A stretch of 64,000 bases of DNA, taken from an uncultured delta proteobacterium (GTDB lineage Bacteria; Myxococcota_A; Polyangia; Polyangiales; Polyangiaceae). The first letter of the stretch is position 1, and each line of letters starts with the position of its first letter. Location: contig CAWJCS010000006.1 of the NCBI GenBank assembly GCA_963841435.1, positions 640,001 through 704,000 on the forward strand, read 5' to 3'. The notes below the pieces were generated by a model. It did no database searches. It was given only the letters and a program-made list of their open reading frames with translations, and had not been told where the DNA came from. Made by a program: the position numbers and the translations under genes. Shown in pieces: positions 39,518-49,846 of this stretch.

Positions 39518-40336
39518 ATGCGCCTTGCGCTCCGCGCGTTCTGCCTCTCGCTGCTCATGGCGGCCGGCAGTGCCCACGCGGTACCACCGAGGGTGAGTGA
39601 CCTTGCCGCGCGCCTGCGCAGCGCCGAGGACTTTCGCGTGCGCGTTCAGGCCGCGCTCGAGCTCGGCAAGAGCGCCGATCCCGAGGCGCTCGACCCGCTG
39701 TCCGGAGCGCTCCGCGACCCCAACGCTTCCGTCAGGGCAGCGGCCGCGGCCGCGCTCGGGGAGCTCGGAGACGTGGACGCGATCCCGGCGCTCAAGGAGC
39801 ACCGGCTCGACAGATCGGACGCCGTACGCCGTCAAATCAGGGCGACGCTCGCGGCTCTGAGCGCGCAGGCGGACGGCGGCCCCCGCAAAGCGCGCCTGCT
39901 CGTCAAGATCGGGATGATGAAGAACCAGACCAGCGTGAGGAGCACGCAGATCGAGGTGGAGCTCGAGCAGGAATCACGCCGCAAGCTCGACGAGCTGCCA
40001 GGGGTCCGCGTGTTGCTTCAGAGCGACGATTCCAAGGCAGAGTCCGCCAAGAGCAAGTTGCCGGTCGTCATGGTCTCCGGACACATCCAGCGGCTGCAGG
40101 CCTCGCGTGACGGTGCCGATGTCGTTTATTCGGCCAGCGTCGAGTACGTGCTCCACACGATGCCCGACCAATCGATTGCTGCGAAGGTTTCGGGCAGCGC
40201 CAGCGGCACTCTGACCCAGGCGGAAGCCAAGAACGAGGGGCGAGCCGCCGAGCTCCGCCACCAAGTGCTCGGCGCGGCGATCGCCAGCGCCCTGCGGCGG
40301 GCGCCTCGGGCCCTGCTTGCCGCAGCGCGCCTTTGA
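39518..40336 (+). CDS. Exported HEAT-repeat protein
   Basis: Signal peptide AHA; DFRVRVQAALELG, DPNASVRAAAAAALG. Confidence 0.8.
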   Translation: MRLALRAFCLSLLMAAGSAHAVPPRVSDLAARLRSAEDFRVRVQAALELGKSADPEALDPLSGALRDPNASVRAAAAAALGELGDVDAIPALKEHRLDRSDAVRRQIRATLAALSAQADGGPRKARLLVKIGMMKNQTSVRSTQIEVELEQESRRKLDELPGVRVLLQSDDSKAESAKSKLPVVMVSGHIQRLQASRDGADVVYSASVEYVLHTMPDQSIAAKVSGSASGTLTQAEAKNEGRAAELRHQVLGAAIASALRRAPRALLAAARL

Positions 40337-40384
40337 AGATCGGACGCGACAAGGTGCTCGGTCCGCAGTAAAAAGGGCCTCGAG

Positions 40385-40834
40385 GTGTCTCAGTCGGAAC
40401 CCGCCCTCGAGCCCGAGCCGTTGCGCGCGATTCTCTGGACGGACGGCGCAGCGCGCGGCAACCCCGGCCCCGCGGGGATCGGCGTGGTGCTAAAGACGCC
40501 CGAGGGAGAGATCCTCGCGACCGAGGCCGAGTTCGTCGGCCACACGACCAACAACGTCGCCGAGTATCGCGCCCTTTTGCGCGGGCTCGAGCGCGCGCTC
40601 GAGTGCGGCGTGCGCCATCTCGAAGTCCGTGCGGATTCCGAGCTGCTCATCCGACAGCTCCTCGGGCAGTACCGCGTGAAGAGCGAGGGGCTACGTCCGC
40701 TGTTCCAGAAGGCCAGCGAGCTCTTGCGCCGCTTCGCATCGACGCGGCTCGTGCACGTGCGGCGGGAGCTCAACACCGAGGCGGACCGCCTGGCCAACGA
40801 GGGCATCCGCCGCGCCGCGCGCCGGCCTGCCTGA
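40385..40834 (+). CDS. rnhA: Ribonuclease HI family protein
   Basis: [40 protein letters not shown]. Confidence 0.9.
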   Translation: MSQSEPALEPEPLRAILWTDGAARGNPGPAGIGVVLKTPEGEILATEAEFVGHTTNNVAEYRALLRGLERALECGVRHLEVRADSELLIRQLLGQYRVKSEGLRPLFQKASELLRRFASTRLVHVRRELNTEADRLANEGIRRAARRPA

Positions 40835-40892
40835 GCCCGAAACCCGTCGAGGCCCCAACCACCCGCGAAGTGGTGCTAGGGATCCACCCTCC

Positions 40893-43581
40893 ATGGCTTC
40901 GAAAACCGCGCGCGACGTTCGCCGTGCCTTCCTCGACTTCTTCTCCGAGCGGGGGCACGAGGTGGTCAAGAGCTCGTCCCTGATTCCCAAGAACGATCCG
41001 ACGCTGCTCTTCGTCAACGCGGGGATGGTCCAGTTCAAGGATGTGTTCACCGGTCGTGAGCAGCGCGCGACCCGCCGTGCGACGTTCGAGCCAAAAGTGC
41101 ATTCGTATCAGCGGCAAACACAACGACCTCGAAGCCGTCGGTCCCTCGCCGCGCCATCACACGTTCTTCGAGATGCTCGGGAACTTCAGTTTCGGCGACT
41201 ATTTCAAGCCCGACGCCATCGAGTTCGCGTGGGACCTCGTGACTCGCGTGCTCGGCTTGCCCAAGGATCGGCTGATCGTCACCTACTTCAAGGGCGAGGA
41301 GGGCATCGCCGAGGACACCGAGGCGCGCGATCTCTGGCGCAAGGTGAGCGGTTTCGGCGACGACCGCATCCGCGGGCTCGGCATGGCCGACAACTTCTGG
41401 CAGATGGGCGAGACCGGGCCGTGTGGTCCCTGCAGCGAGATCTACTTTTGCAACGGACCGGACGTCAACCTTGGCAACTTCGGTGAAGAGCAGACGCCGG
41501 AGGGGTTCGGTTGGATGGAGATCTGGAACCTCGTCTTCATGCAGTTCGAGCGCCGCCTCGATGCGGACGGGCGCATCGTCATGGAAACGTTGCCTGCACC
41601 CAGCATCGATACGGGCGCGGGGCTCGAGCGCCTGTCGAGCGTCGTAGAAGGCAAGACGACGAACTATGACGTCGACCTGTTGCGCAACCTGGTCGAGCAA
41701 GCGGCTCGTCTCGCCGACAAACCCTACCGGCAGAGCCACGACCCCGACGACGTCAGCATGCGCGTGATCGCCGATCATGCCCGCACGAGCGCGTTCTTGA
41801 TTGCCGAGGGCGTCGTCCCGGACCGCACGGGGCGCGAATACGTGCTCAGGCGCGTGATGCGCCGCGCGATCCGCCACGGTCATCGTCTCGGCATCGAGAA
41901 GCCCTTCCTGCACGAGGTTGCGCGCACCGTGGTCGACACCATGGGCGAGGACTATCCGGAGCTCATCGAGCGTCGCGCGCTCATCGAGAACGTCATCCAG
42001 GCGGAAGAAGAGCGCTTTCGCCAGACCATCGAGCGCGGTCTCGGTCTGCTCGAGGAGCGCTTCGCGGCGCTCGATGTGCAAGGCTCGAAGGTGCTCGACG
42101 GGCGCGATGCGTTCCAGCTCTACGACACCTACGGCTTCCCGCTCGACCTCACGGAGGTGATCTGCAAAGAGCGCGGCATCGCTGTCGACGAGCCGGGTTA
42201 CGAGGCGGCGCTCGCGGAGGCGCGCGAGCGCTCCGAATTCAAGGGCGTCGAGCAGGCGAACCTCGCCGTGTACGCGGAGGCACGCGCCCTGCTTCCCGCC
42301 GAAGGGACGCGCTTCGTGGGCTATGAGCGTGACCGGGTCAATGCGCGTGTCGTCGGCTTGGTGGTCGACGGCAAGCTTGCCGATAAGGCGAACGCGGGTG
42401 AACAGGTGCTCGTGATCACCGATGTGACGCCGTTTTACGCCGAGGCGGGCGGCCAGGTCGGCGATCAGGGCGTCATCGAATCCCCGCAGGGTCTCAGCCT
42501 CGCGGTCGAGGACACGACGCGGCCCGTGCCGGGCCTCACGCTGCACCGCGGTCGCGTGCAGGCGGGTGGCCTCTCGCTCGGTGAGTCGGTCGAGCTCAGG
42601 GTCGATGTCGTGCGCAGGGAGCGCACGCGGCGAAACCACTCCGCGACCCACCTCTTGCACTGGGCGCTCCGGAGCGTCATCGGAGCGCACGCTCAGCAGA
42701 AGGGCTCGCTCGTCGGTCCGGACCGGCTGCGCTTCGACTTCACGAGCTCGCGGGCGGTCACGCCCGAGGAGCTCGACCGCGTCGAGCAGCTCGTGAATCA
42801 GCGCACGCTCGAGAATCATCCCATCCGCACCGAGGTTCTCACCATGGAGGAGGCGCGCCGGCGCGGTGCCATGATGATCTTCGAGGAAAAATACGGAGAC
42901 GTCGTGCGCCTGCTCAGCATGGCCGAATCCATGGAGCTTTGCGGCGGCACCCACGCGCGCGCGACCGGCGACATCGGTCTTTTCAAGATCGTGAGCGAGC
43001 AAGGGGTGGCGGCCGGCGTGCGGCGTATCGTGGCCGTGACGGGCGACGGTGCGCTCGCCTACGTTCGTGAGCTCACCGGAACGCTCGGTGAGGCGGCGCG
43101 CGTGGCCAAGACGAGCCCGGCCTTGCTCGTCGAGCGCCTCGAGAAGCTCGTGCAGCACGAGCGCGCGCTCGAAAAGCAGGTGGCCGACCTCGAGCGCAAG
43201 CTCGCTACGGGCGGCGGTGAGGGAGAGGGCGTTGACGGGATGCTTGCCAAGGCGCGTGACGTTTCGGGTGTGAAGGTGCTCGGCGTCCGCACGGGCGTCA
43301 CCGATCGCGGCGCACTGCGCGAGCTCGCCGAGCGGCTGCGCGATCGCCTGGGCGACAGCATCGTGCTCGTGGGCTCCGAGGCCGAAGGCAAGGCCCAGCT
43401 CGTGCTGACCGTGTCGAAGGCCCTGACGGCGCGCTACCGAGCCGGCGATCTCATCAAGTCGATCGCGACGATCGTGGGCGGCTCGGGCGGCGGGCGCCCG
43501 GACCTCGCGCAGGCAGGCGGCACGGAGGTCGCTCGTCTCGACGAGGCCATCGACTCCGTTTATAGCGGCGTCGCGAGCTGA
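40893..43581 (+). CDS. alaS: Alanine--tRNA ligase, reading frame broken by one extra base near 41085
   Basis: First frame [16 protein letters not shown]; second frame [54 protein letters not shown]. Confidence 0.95.
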
Positions 43582-43597
43582 AGCGACCCGCGGCGCG

Positions 43598-44668
43598 TCA
43601 CGTGGCGGTGGTGAGCGCGGCGTCCTCACCCCAGCGCGCGGGTTCCATGGCGAGCGTCACCCCGAAGCGGTCGCGGACGCCTCGCAGGATCTCGTTCGCG
43701 AGCGCGAGCACGTCGGTTGCGCGCGCCCCGTCGTGGCAGACGATCGCCAGGGCGTGGCGCGTGGAAAGCCCCACGGGGCCGCGCACGAGCCCCTTTTCGA
43801 AGCCCGCCTGCTCGATCAGCCACCCTGCAGCGAGCTTGACCCGTCCGTCCGGCTGGGGATAGCGCGGCATGGCCGGCCCGCCGAGCCTCTCGACACGAGC
43901 GGCGTCCGCCGACTCGACGACGGGATTCGTGAAGAACGAGCCGCAGCTTCGGCCGTTTGGATCGTCGGCGTCGAGCAGCATCGATTTTCTGCGACGTAGC
44001 GTCAGCACGGCGTCGCGGGCTCGCGCGAGGGTGGGCTCGGCTTCTCCGAGTTCGCCGAAGTGACGCGTGAGCTCGGCGTAGCGTAACGCGGGCGGTGCTC
44101 CCGGGCGCAGGGCGAAGCGCACGGAAAGCACGACGAAGCGCTCCGGCTCGCGGCTCTTGAAGCGACTATCGCGGTACCCGAAGCCGCAAGCGTCGGCGTC
44201 GAGCGTGAGCACGGTGCCGGAATGTCGATCGAGCACGCGCACGCACCGGATCGTGTCGGCGACCTCCTGTCCGTAGGCTCCGACGTTCTGGATCGGGGTT
44301 GCCCCGACGAGTCCCGGGATACCGCTCAGACACTCGAGCCCCTGCAGCCCCCGAGCGACGCTCTCTGCCACGATGTCGTCCCAGGGCTCCCCCGCGGCGG
44401 CGTCGAGCACGACCTCCTCACCCTCGGGCGAAAAGGCCCGGCCCCGCGCCGCGATCCGCACGACCAGCGCCTGAACACCGTTGTCATCGACGACGATGTT
44501 GCTGCCCCCGCCGAGCACGCGCACACCGACGCCGCGCTCCTTGGCCCACGCGAGCGCGTCGCCGAGCGTGCGCTCGTCGCGCGCGTCGACGAAGTAGCGT
44601 GCCGGACCGCCGACGCCGAGCGTGGTCATCGGAGCCAGGGGAACGAGCTCGCGGAGCGTCATCGACAT
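43598..44668 (-). CDS. murB: UDP-N-acetylmuramate dehydrogenase
   Basis: TTLGVGGPA, GGGSN, GLECLSGIPG, QNVGAYG, FGYRDS, GSFFTNP, HAL, MEP. Confidence 0.96.
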   Translation of the reverse strand: MSMTLRELVPLAPMTTLGVGGPARYFVDARDERTLGDALAWAKERGVGVRVLGGGSNIVVDDNGVQALVVRIAARGRAFSPEGEEVVLDAAAGEPWDDIVAESVARGLQGLECLSGIPGLVGATPIQNVGAYGQEVADTIRCVRVLDRHSGTVLTLDADACGFGYRDSRFKSREPERFVVLSVRFALRPGAPPALRYAELTRHFGELGEAEPTLARARDAVLTLRRRKSMLLDADDPNGRSCGSFFTNPVVESADAARVERLGGPAMPRYPQPDGRVKLAAGWLIEQAGFEKGLVRGPVGLSTRHALAIVCHDGARATDVLALANEILRGVRDRFGVTLAMEPARWGEDAALTTAT

Positions 44669-44711
44669 CGTCGCGAAGAACCTTATTAGCCCGACCGGGC
44701 GATCACGACGT

Positions 44712-45056
44712 CTACGGACTGCGGCGCCGGCCCCGGGAGTCGAGTGACGAGAGCCCGGGCCCAGCGGCTGACCGCGCGGCAGCGGTCGCCACCCGCGGCG
44801 ACTGGCGTTCGACGAACTCGCGGCACTCGGGCGATAGCGTCGCCGGGTCGAGCGTCCCGAGCTCGACGAGGCTCCTCGCGACCAGGCTCGCGCGCTCGAA
44901 GATGGGCGCCCTGGCGCTCAAGAGAACGACGGGTGCCCCCCGGATGCGGCACAGGCCGCCGGCGCCGTGCCCGACCCGGAGAACGCGCTGCCGCACCTGC
45001 ACCCCGAGCCGCGTCGCGGCCCGGGTGAGCTCCTCGAGCGCCCGCTCGGAGTCCAC
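44712..45056 (-). CDS. Small hypothetical protein, IrrE/ImmA-like N-terminal fold without HExxH
   Basis: RLGVQVR...GGLCRIRG..VVLL......ER..LVARSL; TAGACT 6 nt before GTG. Confidence 0.6.
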   Translation of the reverse strand: MDSERALEELTRAATRLGVQVRQRVLRVGHGAGGLCRIRGAPVVLLSARAPIFERASLVARSLVELGTLDPATLSPECREFVERQSPRVATAAARSAAGPGLSSLDSRGRRRSP

Positions 45057-45241
45057 TTATGTAGTCTACCCCCTTTGGCCGGGGTCGGCCCGGCGGACGG
45101 ACTTTTCCCGCGGCAGGGTATCGTGGTATGAGCCCGGTATTGCGAGAGGTGCTCGCCGGTGGCGGGAGCGATGCGCGCTTCCCCGGGGGCCCTCGAAGGC
45201 AGTGGGAACCATGTTCCTGCACCACAGAAAGAACCACGTTA

Positions 45242-46894
45242 ATGACGTTCACGGAAGCGGCGGCGCAGGTGCTGCGCCTCGTCGGGAAGCCTTTACATTA
45301 CAAAGAGATCACTGACGTAGCCATCGAAAGAAATCTGCTCAGTCACGTGGGCAAGAGCCCGGAGGTGACGATGGGCGCGCGCCTCGCGGCCCTCGTCAAG
45401 AAGGGGGAAAAAGACAACCCCTTGATCCGCGTCAAGCCGGGCGTCTTCGCCCTTCGCGAATGGGACCCAGCCACGGTCGAAAAAGGTCTAGCCGACCGGA
45501 CTCCAGCCCTCGAGCGGCTGGCAAAGCAGCATCCGGGCGCCTCGGACGAGTCGAACGGCGAGCTCGACAGCGCCGTGCAGAGCGCGCCGAGCCAGCCCGA
45601 AGGGAAAGAAGAAGAGGCATTGCCGGTGATGGACGCGGCGGAGCGGGAGCGTGCGTTGCTCGCTGCCGACGCCAATCAGTTCTTCGCCTCGGAGGAAGAC
45701 GACGACGAGCCGATCTTCGGTCGCGAATCGACGGCCGAGCCCGGCGTCGAGGCGGACCGCGCGGCGGGCGAAGGCGGTCGCCGTCGCCGGCGGCGCCGCC
45801 GGCGTGGCCAGGGTCGCCCGGAGGAGCGCGGGGGAGGCGATGGACTGCCGTCGTACACGGTATCCGATGCGCCCCTCGATGCGTCGTCGAACGAAGGCAC
45901 GCTCGAGTACGCGGCGGACGCCGCACCACCGTCGCCGCCCGCGGCATCCGCGGAGCGCAACGGCGAGCGGGTCGAGCGCGGCGAGCGCAGTGAGCGCAGT
46001 GAGCGTGGTGAGCGTGAGCGTGGTGAGCGTGGTGAGCGCGGTGAACGCGGTGAACGCGGTGAACGCGGTGAACGCGGTGGCGACACGGGTGGCAGCTTCG
46101 ACGAGTACGCAGGTCGCGGGCTGGCCGACGGTCTAGCGGCGTTGCTGGCGACGTTCGATCGCAATCGCGGCCCAGTTTCGCTGCAAACGCTCGTGGACGC
46201 CGCGCAACGCCGTGGCCGCCTTTTCGGCGAGCACACCGTGGCGCAGGGCCTTCTGGTTGCCGCCGCGCGCGCCGACAACGCCCGCGCGCTTGCGCGCGGT
46301 GAACGCCCGCGCTTTCGCGCGGCCCCGGGGCGCATCGGCCTCACGGAGTGGGTGCTCGACGCGGAGCTGTTGCGGATCGAGCGTGAGATCCAGGTGCTCG
46401 CCGAGCGCTACCGCGAGGCGGCCCGCCGCACCGTGCTGCGCCAGCTCCAGGAAATCCCCCAGCGCGCGCTGGGCGAGCTCGTGCTGCTCGTGCTCGAGCA
46501 CGTGGGCTTCTCCGAGCTCTTGCCCGTGCGTCGGCCAGGGGCGCACGGCGCCGAGCTCCACTTGTCGGGGCGGCTCCGCACGGCGGCCGGCGAGATCCGC
46601 ACGGCGGTCGTGGTGCGCCGCGACGGTCGCGAGATTGGGCGTGAGCGCGTCACCGAGCTGCGCGGCGCGCTGCATCACTACGGGCCGGCGCACGCCGCCT
46701 GGGTACTCACGACGGGGCAGGTGCTGAGCGGCGCGCGCGAGGAAGCCGCCTCGCCCGGTGCTTCGCCCATGACGGTCGTCGACGGCCTCGGGCTCGTTCG
46801 GCTCTGCGAGGAGCACGGGGTCGGCGTCGTACGCTCCGAGATCCGGCTGCTTCTGCCCGATCTCGACTTGCTCGACGGGCTGCGCGCGTCCTGA
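45242..46894 (+). CDS. HARE-HTH protein with low-complexity linker and C-terminal Mrr-like fold
   Basis: MTFTEAAAQVLR..GKPLHYKEIT..AI....L...GKSPE.TM...PGVFALREW; C-terminal IGRERVTELRGAL....WVLTTG....A.EEA....VVDG..LVRL..EHGVGV. Confidence 0.78.
   Translation: MTFTEAAAQVLRLVGKPLHYKEITDVAIERNLLSHVGKSPEVTMGARLAALVKKGEKDNPLIRVKPGVFALREWDPATVEKGLADRTPALERLAKQHPGASDESNGELDSAVQSAPSQPEGKEEEALPVMDAAERERALLAADANQFFASEEDDDEPIFGRESTAEPGVEADRAAGEGGRRRRRRRRRGQGRPEERGGGDGLPSYTVSDAPLDASSNEGTLEYAADAAPPSPPAASAERNGERVERGERSERSERGERERGERGERGERGERGERGERGGDTGGSFDEYAGRGLADGLAALLATFDRNRGPVSLQTLVDAAQRRGRLFGEHTVAQGLLVAAARADNARALARGERPRFRAAPGRIGLTEWVLDAELLRIEREIQVLAERYREAARRTVLRQLQEIPQRALGELVLLVLEHVGFSELLPVRRPGAHGAELHLSGRLRTAAGEIRTAVVVRRDGREIGRERVTELRGALHHYGPAHAAWVLTTGQVLSGAREEAASPGASPMTVVDGLGLVRLCEEHGVGVVRSEIRLLLPDLDLLDGLRAS
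45962..46078 (+). repeat. In-frame 9-bp tandem repeat encoding (G/S)ER
   Basis: GGTGARCGY units, about a dozen imperfect copies. Confidence 0.85.
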
Positions 46895-46918
46895 GAAGGC
46901 GCCGGCCGCTTCCGCGCC

Positions 46919-47800
46919 ATGCCTGTTCTGCGCCTCGGGCCGACGGCGGTCGTGGCCGCCACGCTCATCGGTTGTGGCGTGCCGCCGCCGGCCTCCGTCT
47001 TCCCGGACGGTGAGGCGGCGCTCGGCCGCATGCACGCGACCTACGAGTGCAGCCGTGGCGTGAGCGCGGAAGCGAAGCTCGACTACTTCGGTCCCGACGG
47101 GCGTGTCCGGGGAAACGTCTACTACCTCGCGGCGGCGCCGGCCCGCATCCGGCTCGATCTGTTCAGCCCGTTCGGAGCGGTGCTTTCCACCCTCACCTCG
47201 GACGGAACGAGCTTCGCGATGTCGGACATGCGCGCGAAGCTGTTTCGGTACGGGCCGGCGAACGCCTGCAACCTCTCGCGTTTCACGCGCGTCGCGTTGC
47301 CGCCCTCGGTGCTCGCGGATCTGTTCCGAGGCGAGGCCCCGGTGCTCGTCCATGCGCCGGGCGCTAGCCGCGTGGCCTGGCAGGGTGGTCGCTACGTCGT
47401 ATCGGTGCCCGGCACGAATGGCGCGAGCGAGCGGATCGAGCTCGAGCCCGTGCCCGCCGACTTCGACCGGCCGTGGACTGAGCAGCGCGTGCACGTGCTC
47501 AAAGTCGAGGTCGAGCAGCTCGGCGCGCCCCTTTACAGCGTCGAGCTGGGAGGACACGTCCCGACGCACACGGCGCCGCCGCGCGTCGACCCCGACGGCA
47601 TCGACCCCCCCATCCCTCCGAGCGGTCCGAGCTGCGAGGCCGAGCTGCCGAGGCGCCTTCACATCGAGGTGCCCGGCGAGGGTCACGACCTCTTGATCCA
47701 GGTCGTGGAAGTCGCTCACAACCCGCCGTTGCCCGAAGGCGTCTTCGCCCAGGAGCGTCCGCCAGGAATGCGCGCACAGTTTTCGCCCTGCGCTCCCTAG
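46919..47800 (+). CDS. Hypothetical lipoprotein, possibly LolA/LolB-like fold
   Basis: Lipobox LIGC; PARIRLDLFSPFG..LSTLTSDG. Confidence 0.6.
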   Translation: MPVLRLGPTAVVAATLIGCGVPPPASVFPDGEAALGRMHATYECSRGVSAEAKLDYFGPDGRVRGNVYYLAAAPARIRLDLFSPFGAVLSTLTSDGTSFAMSDMRAKLFRYGPANACNLSRFTRVALPPSVLADLFRGEAPVLVHAPGASRVAWQGGRYVVSVPGTNGASERIELEPVPADFDRPWTEQRVHVLKVEVEQLGAPLYSVELGGHVPTHTAPPRVDPDGIDPPIPPSGPSCEAELPRRLHIEVPGEGHDLLIQVVEVAHNPPLPEGVFAQERPPGMRAQFSPCAP

Positions 47801-47850
47801 CCTCGACGGCACCATGGCGGAAGGTGGTGCCCGAGGTATGATGGCGAGGC

Positions 47851-48990
47851 ATGCCGAGGCGAGGCCGGCCCGCCGCCCGTGAGCGATCGCGGAGTACACC
47901 CCGTGCTCCGCGCAAGGACGCCGCCGCAAGGCACGCCCGAGAGGCGCGTGCGGTTTCGTCGCCGCCTGCAGCACCGAAGGGCCGAGCGGCGCGCCCGTTC
48001 GGTCCACCGCCGCTCGGCGCGCCGCGTGCGGCGGGCATTGCGAGCTTTCTCAGGCTCCCCATCTACGACGATCCGCTCGCGATCCCGGGCGTCGACGTCC
48101 TCATCTCCGGGGTTCCCTGCGACGGGGGCAGCGCGTTTCGCCCCGGCGCCCGCTTCGGGCCTCGAGCGGTGCGCGAGGCGTCAGCCATGGCGAGCCCCTT
48201 CTCCGCGGCGCTCGGGGTCGACGTGTTCGAGGAGCTGGCTGCCGCCGACGGCGGAGACGTCGTGGTGACGAACGGCTCGGTGGAGGCGGCGCTCGAAGCC
48301 GTCGCCGAGCGAGCTCACGCCGTTGCCGCTTCGGGCGTGATTCCGGGCTTCGTGGGCGGGGACCGGACGCTCACGCTCGGTGCGCTGCGCGGGCTCCGCC
48401 GCTCCAAGCACAAGGCGCTCGGGGTGCTGCTGATCGCCGCGAACCCCGCGGCCTCGAGCCGGCCGACCCGCGAGCCTCGTGCGCTCACCGTCGTGCGGCA
48501 TGCCGTGGAGGAGGGGCTCGTGCGCACCGACTGCGCGATGCAGGTCGGCTTGCGCGGGCCGTATGCGTCCTCCGACGCGCTTTCGTTCGCGTTCTCGCAC
48601 GGCATCGACACCGTCGGTATCGACGAGGTGCGCTGGGATCTGCACGCCGTCGTGAGCCAGGTGCGGCGTCTCGTGCAGCGCGGCGCGCTTTACGTTTCCA
48701 TCGACATCGGCGTGCTCGACCCGGCGCATGCCCCCGGCGCGAGCTTCCCCGTACCCGGGGGGATGAACACCTGGGAGCTGCAGCAGATCCTACGGGCGCT
48801 CGTCGGAGCCGAGATTGCCGGTTTCGACATCGTGGAGCTCGCACCCGGCTACGACCCGAGCGGCATCACGGCGCTCGCGTGCGTCTCTGCGTTGCACGAG
48901 ATCCTCGCTTCGATTGCCGACACGCGTCGCAGCGCGCGCCCCGCACCGAGCACGCACCGCACGGGCCGCGCGGGACGGCGCTCCGCGTAG
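47851..48990 (+). CDS. Agmatinase/ureohydrolase-fold protein with degenerate metal site
   Basis: GVPCD, RPGARFGPRAVR, QVGLRG, YVSIDI.VLDP.HAPG, P.PGG, DIVELAP.YD. Confidence 0.85.
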   Translation: MPRRGRPAARERSRSTPRAPRKDAAARHAREARAVSSPPAAPKGRAARPFGPPPLGAPRAAGIASFLRLPIYDDPLAIPGVDVLISGVPCDGGSAFRPGARFGPRAVREASAMASPFSAALGVDVFEELAAADGGDVVVTNGSVEAALEAVAERAHAVAASGVIPGFVGGDRTLTLGALRGLRRSKHKALGVLLIAANPAASSRPTREPRALTVVRHAVEEGLVRTDCAMQVGLRGPYASSDALSFAFSHGIDTVGIDEVRWDLHAVVSQVRRLVQRGALYVSIDIGVLDPAHAPGASFPVPGGMNTWELQQILRALVGAEIAGFDIVELAPGYDPSGITALACVSALHEILASIADTRRSARPAPSTHRTGRAGRRSA

Positions 48991-49031
48991 CCGTCCCGGG
49001 CGCCCCGCGCCGCGGGGCCCCTCGGCGAGCC

Positions 49032-49826
49032 CTATTTGCCCTGCGGGGCGCCCGGGCGGGAGAGCGCCTCGAGCACGGCACCCGGCGCGTCACCGATGAT
49101 GGCGTCCACCCCGAGCAGCGCCACGCGGCGAGCTTCCGCGGCGTCGTTGACGGTCCAGGTGTTCACGATCGCGCCGCGGCGCTTCCAGCGGGCCACACTT
49201 CGCTCGGTGATGAGCGTGTGCTGTGGGTGCACGCCGTCCGCGCCCAGCGCGAAGTACCCGGGCGCTCGCTTGAGGAAGCGCTGCCCGGCGTGGACGAGCC
49301 ACGCCCTCGCATGTCCGGGCAGCCTCAGTGCGAGCGCCGCGACGAGCGCCGGGTGGAACGAAGAAAATAGCACGAGATCTTCGGTGTTTCCCGCCCGGCG
49401 TATCGCACGCACGACACCTTCGACGAGCCCGAACGGTCGCCGCACGTCGCGCTTGAGCTCGACGTTGACGCGTGCTCCGTGCTCGCGCGACCAGGCGAGC
49501 ACGTCGCCGAGCAGGGGCACGCGTTCGCCGCTTCCCACGTCCACGCGCGAGAGCTCGGCGGCGCCGAGCGTCTCCGCCTCCCGCGGCTCCGCGCCCCCCG
49601 AGACGCGCAAGAGCGTCTGGTCGTGCAGCACGATCACGCGTCCGTCCCCGTCGAGGCGCACGTCGAGCTCCACGCCGTCGGCGCCCTCCTCGCGCGCCAG
49701 GTCGAATGCGCGGAGCGTGTTTTCGGGCGCGGCGTGGCGGGCCCCGCGATGGCCGAGCACGAAGGGGCGTCGCCCGGGTGGGCGCAACCATGCCTCGAGG
49801 CGCCGAGCACGAAAAGGGCGCGTCAC
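49032..49826 (-). CDS. Glycerophosphodiester phosphodiesterase
   Basis: GHRGA...PENT..AF, GVELDV, HD, NVELK, SSF, WTVND. Confidence 0.92.
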   Translation of the reverse strand: MTRPFRARRLEAWLRPPGRRPFVLGHRGARHAAPENTLRAFDLAREEGADGVELDVRLDGDGRVIVLHDQTLLRVSGGAEPREAETLGAAELSRVDVGSGERVPLLGDVLAWSREHGARVNVELKRDVRRPFGLVEGVVRAIRRAGNTEDLVLFSSFHPALVAALALRLPGHARAWLVHAGQRFLKRAPGYFALGADGVHPQHTLITERSVARWKRRGAIVNTWTVNDAAEARRVALLGVDAIIGDAPGAVLEALSRPGAPQGK

Positions 49827-49846
49827 GGGCGCATTTTCGTGCCGGC

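Noticed and set aside
41047-43629. 860-aa ORF antisense to alaS
   Set aside because: Shadow frame of a high-GC gene; no motifs
45962-46078. 9-bp repeats as a non-coding array
   Set aside because: Encodes (G/S)ER within the CDS
45242-46894. Active restriction-modification/defence locus
   Set aside because: Catalytic residues look degenerate, no methyltransferase or defence neighbours, housekeeping context
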